A stretch of 64,000 nt of DNA from Nitrospirales bacterium (GTDB taxonomy: Bacteria > Nitrospirota > Nitrospiria > Nitrospirales > UBA8639). The position numbers and the translations under genes were made by a program. Below are positions 61,558-64,000 of the stretch, one piece after another. The DNA lies in the NCBI GenBank assembly GCA_965203295.1, contig CBDBCZ010000014.1, positions 320,001-384,000 of the forward strand, written 5' to 3'. The notes beneath the pieces were generated by a model, which did no database searches, was not told where the DNA came from, and was given only the letters and a program-made list of their open reading frames with translations. Each line of letters starts with the position of its first letter. The stretch's first letter is position 1.

Positions 61558-64000
61558 TTAACTGCTAATTACATTACATGATGGTACCTTCTCTCTCTTG
61601 TGACTTTGAGAAGTTTCGCTCTCTTTCGCTCGCTTCTTCCTCCCGGCTGGTGCTTCGCTCTCCTTCGCTCGCTTCTTCCTCCCGGCTGGTGCTTCGCTCT
61701 CCTCCGCTCGCTTCTTTCTCCCGGCTGGTGCTTCGCTCTCCTTCGCTCGCTTCTTCCTCCCGGCTAGTGCTTCGCTCTCCTCCGCTCGCTTCTTTCTCCC
61801 GGCTGGTGCTTCGCTCTCCTTCGCTCGCTTCTTCCTCCCGGCTGGTACTTCGCTCTCCTCCGCTCGCTTCTTCCTCCCGGCTGGTGCTTCGCTCTCCTCC
61901 GCTCGCTTCTTTCTCCCGGCTGGTGCTTCACTCTCCTTCACTCGCTTCTTCCTCCCGGCTGGTGCTTCGCTCTCCTTCACTCGCTTCTTCCTCCCGGCTG
62001 GTGCTTCGTTCTCCTATCATTGGTAAACAGCCAATGAAGATCCCTAGTCATGGGTACATTACATGTGAAATGTGCATTACAAAATAATACCTTATTTTGT
62101 GCCAACTTCAGCTTTTTCCGTCTGGGGGTGTTTATCCACTGTGAGTGCTTGTCAGGTGGTCCATCCATGAACCCTGCATCACGAGCTCTCTTGCGACTCC
62201 GAGATGCATTGCTCTTCTCTGCTCACTTCTTCCTCCCTGCCGGTGTCTTGTCATGATATGTTGTGCTGATTCCCTTGGAGCTGGCAAGGTACTGAAGGGC
62301 TGCCAATTTGTCCCCTTTATACACTGTCATGAGAGCCACTTGGAGGGACTCTATCGTTTTCCCTTTTGCAAACCGATGGTATGCTTCAACGGCATTAGTA
62401 TCATGTGGGATACTTTCAAAAACAGCTGGATCCATGACATATGTCGCTGACGTCAGCATTTCTATAGTAGAAGAAAAGACACTTTCAACACAATCACGAA
62501 ATTGTTAGTTCTAGGACTAAGGCTACACAAACCAGCAAATACATATAGGGAGTATAACACGTCTTGGTCTATGAGAAATACTAGTAGTACTCTTTGCAAC
62601 TTACTCAAGTGAGCTGGCCGTTTCCACCAGGCTACCCAGCTTTTGCAGGAACACCACTCTTCTGGGTTATGACTCGGAATGTAATCCTCCAAGAGTGATG
62701 AATTTGGACTAAATTGACGAGCAGCAGTAAGTGGCATCTCCCCCTCCATAAGGCTGAAAAGGGTGTCAATGTCTTCATTACTCTCGGCATCCAAAATTCC
62801 ATACCCCAGCATGGTAAATACTCGCCGCCCAAGTTGAGACTTGTTCACTTTCTGTGTGATTCTCTTCACAGATCTCATGAAATGAACCTGCATGTGTGGT
62901 GTGCATTCGTGTCGTAAACATTACAAGGCAACCATATACAAATCGTGTACGATTGCAAAGAAAACCCAAGAGGCAGCACTTCACACTACATACCTGGCAG
63001 CCTTTTGCAATCTTCTCTGTGGCTTCACTTCCAATTGCACCCTCTAGGCCTGCCAGTTGTGCATCAGACCAGTCCATCAGAATCCCGCAAAGAGACTCCC
63101 CAATTCTGAAAGAGGAGTGCAAATCGCTAACTGCTGAAAAAATGGCTGTAAAGCAGGCTTGGTATGCTGCAGTGTCAAGGGAATCCATGAATACACGAGC
63201 CACTACCATCCCTGCATTGAAAGATGTCAGGTATGAAACAGGTAATACTCTATGGTAAACACACGGGAGTGTATCAATGTGCAGCAGGTAACTTACACTG
63301 CAGTGTGGGCAAATGGAAGGTCACCACATTCATCAGGTAAGGGAACTCATGTGAGACCTGGTACGTGAGATCAACCTCCAGAAACCGTGCCTGGGATAAC
63401 ACTTGAGCCATCAATGGACTCATACACAATACCCAGGAGCTGTCTTGATTCAACGACCACTTGCGAATATATGGTCGTCCAAGCTCACTGTACTCGTCCA
63501 GATGACTGCCTATATATCAGAGAGCAGCCTATCTATCATAAGATTGAAGACTACCAAGTGATGAACTACTTAACGGTTGATTTACGAACCTGCATTCTCT
63601 CTAGCTGATGCCCACTCCTGCTGCTCATGCTTGTCAAGGATGCTTTCAAACTTCCAGATAGAGGCCTTCTGATCTCCAGGGTTGAGTCCATGCTCACGAA
63701 GTGCTTTCTACCGAAGATTCTTCAATCGGTCCATGTTTACACCAGCCAAACTTAGAGCCCCAGGCATAATATCCATGCCTTTACCTATACACAAGACAAT
63801 ATGCTTTAACTTAACACATTATCACAATGCAAAATTGTAGCACATACCCAATGCAAGGTCTCGCGTTTTCAGGTGTGGGTTACGAACTGCTGCCTTGGTG
63901 AACTCAGTCTTAACTCGGCTGGGAAGTGACATGGCAGCATGGAGGGAATGACTATGGAGACTATTCTTCTTGTTGGTTTTCTGATCTCGGGTGATACCAG
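61558..64000 (-). pseudogene. Multi-exon Mutator (MULE)-like transposase, runs off the window end
   Basis: ILMDWSDAQLAGL..KGCQ|VHFMRSV (CxxH across an intron), WVAWW, DTNAVEAYH. In-frame TGA at 62223-62225. Confidence 0.75.
61617..62010. repeat. 39-bp coding minisatellite, ~10 copies
   Basis: The minus strand encodes (K/E)ESEAPAGRKKR(A/V) repeats. Confidence 0.95.

Noticed and set aside
61578..62087. 169-aa SPSLASSSRLVLR-repeat protein on the plus strand
   Set aside because: Antisense reading of the 39-bp repeat. The minus-strand frame is the one spliced to the transposase.

Overview
Eukaryotic (metazoan) nuclear DNA with short GT-AG introns. The transposon repertoire suggests a non-bilaterian invertebrate such as a sponge, but that is inference only. 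Host-gene content is limited to a frameshifted kelch-repeat gene end (2-783) and a decayed multi-exon cyclic-nucleotide-gated/GYG channel gene (about 3.1-7.9 kb, minus strand). The rest is a densely nested transposon field. Apparently intact elements with TIRs and TSDs: a 4.36-kb Tc1 (DD34E) element carrying a second spliced gene with a BEN-like domain, a Harbinger (DDE + Myb/SANT) and a Sola1. Near-intact or decayed elements: CRE-clade non-LTR, DIRS/Ngaro, EnSpm/CACTA-like with a BEN gene, AcademH (transposase, RecQ helicase, 9-bp-TSD MITEs), ISL2EU-like, KDZ-like, hAT, MULE-like, Penelope and APE fragments. There are also MITEs, minisatellites and a duplicated tRNA-like cassette. The most notable pattern is BEN-like accessory genes recurring in unrelated DNA transposons, each paired with its own subterminal motif array. 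All family calls come from motif recognition by eye, not database searches.
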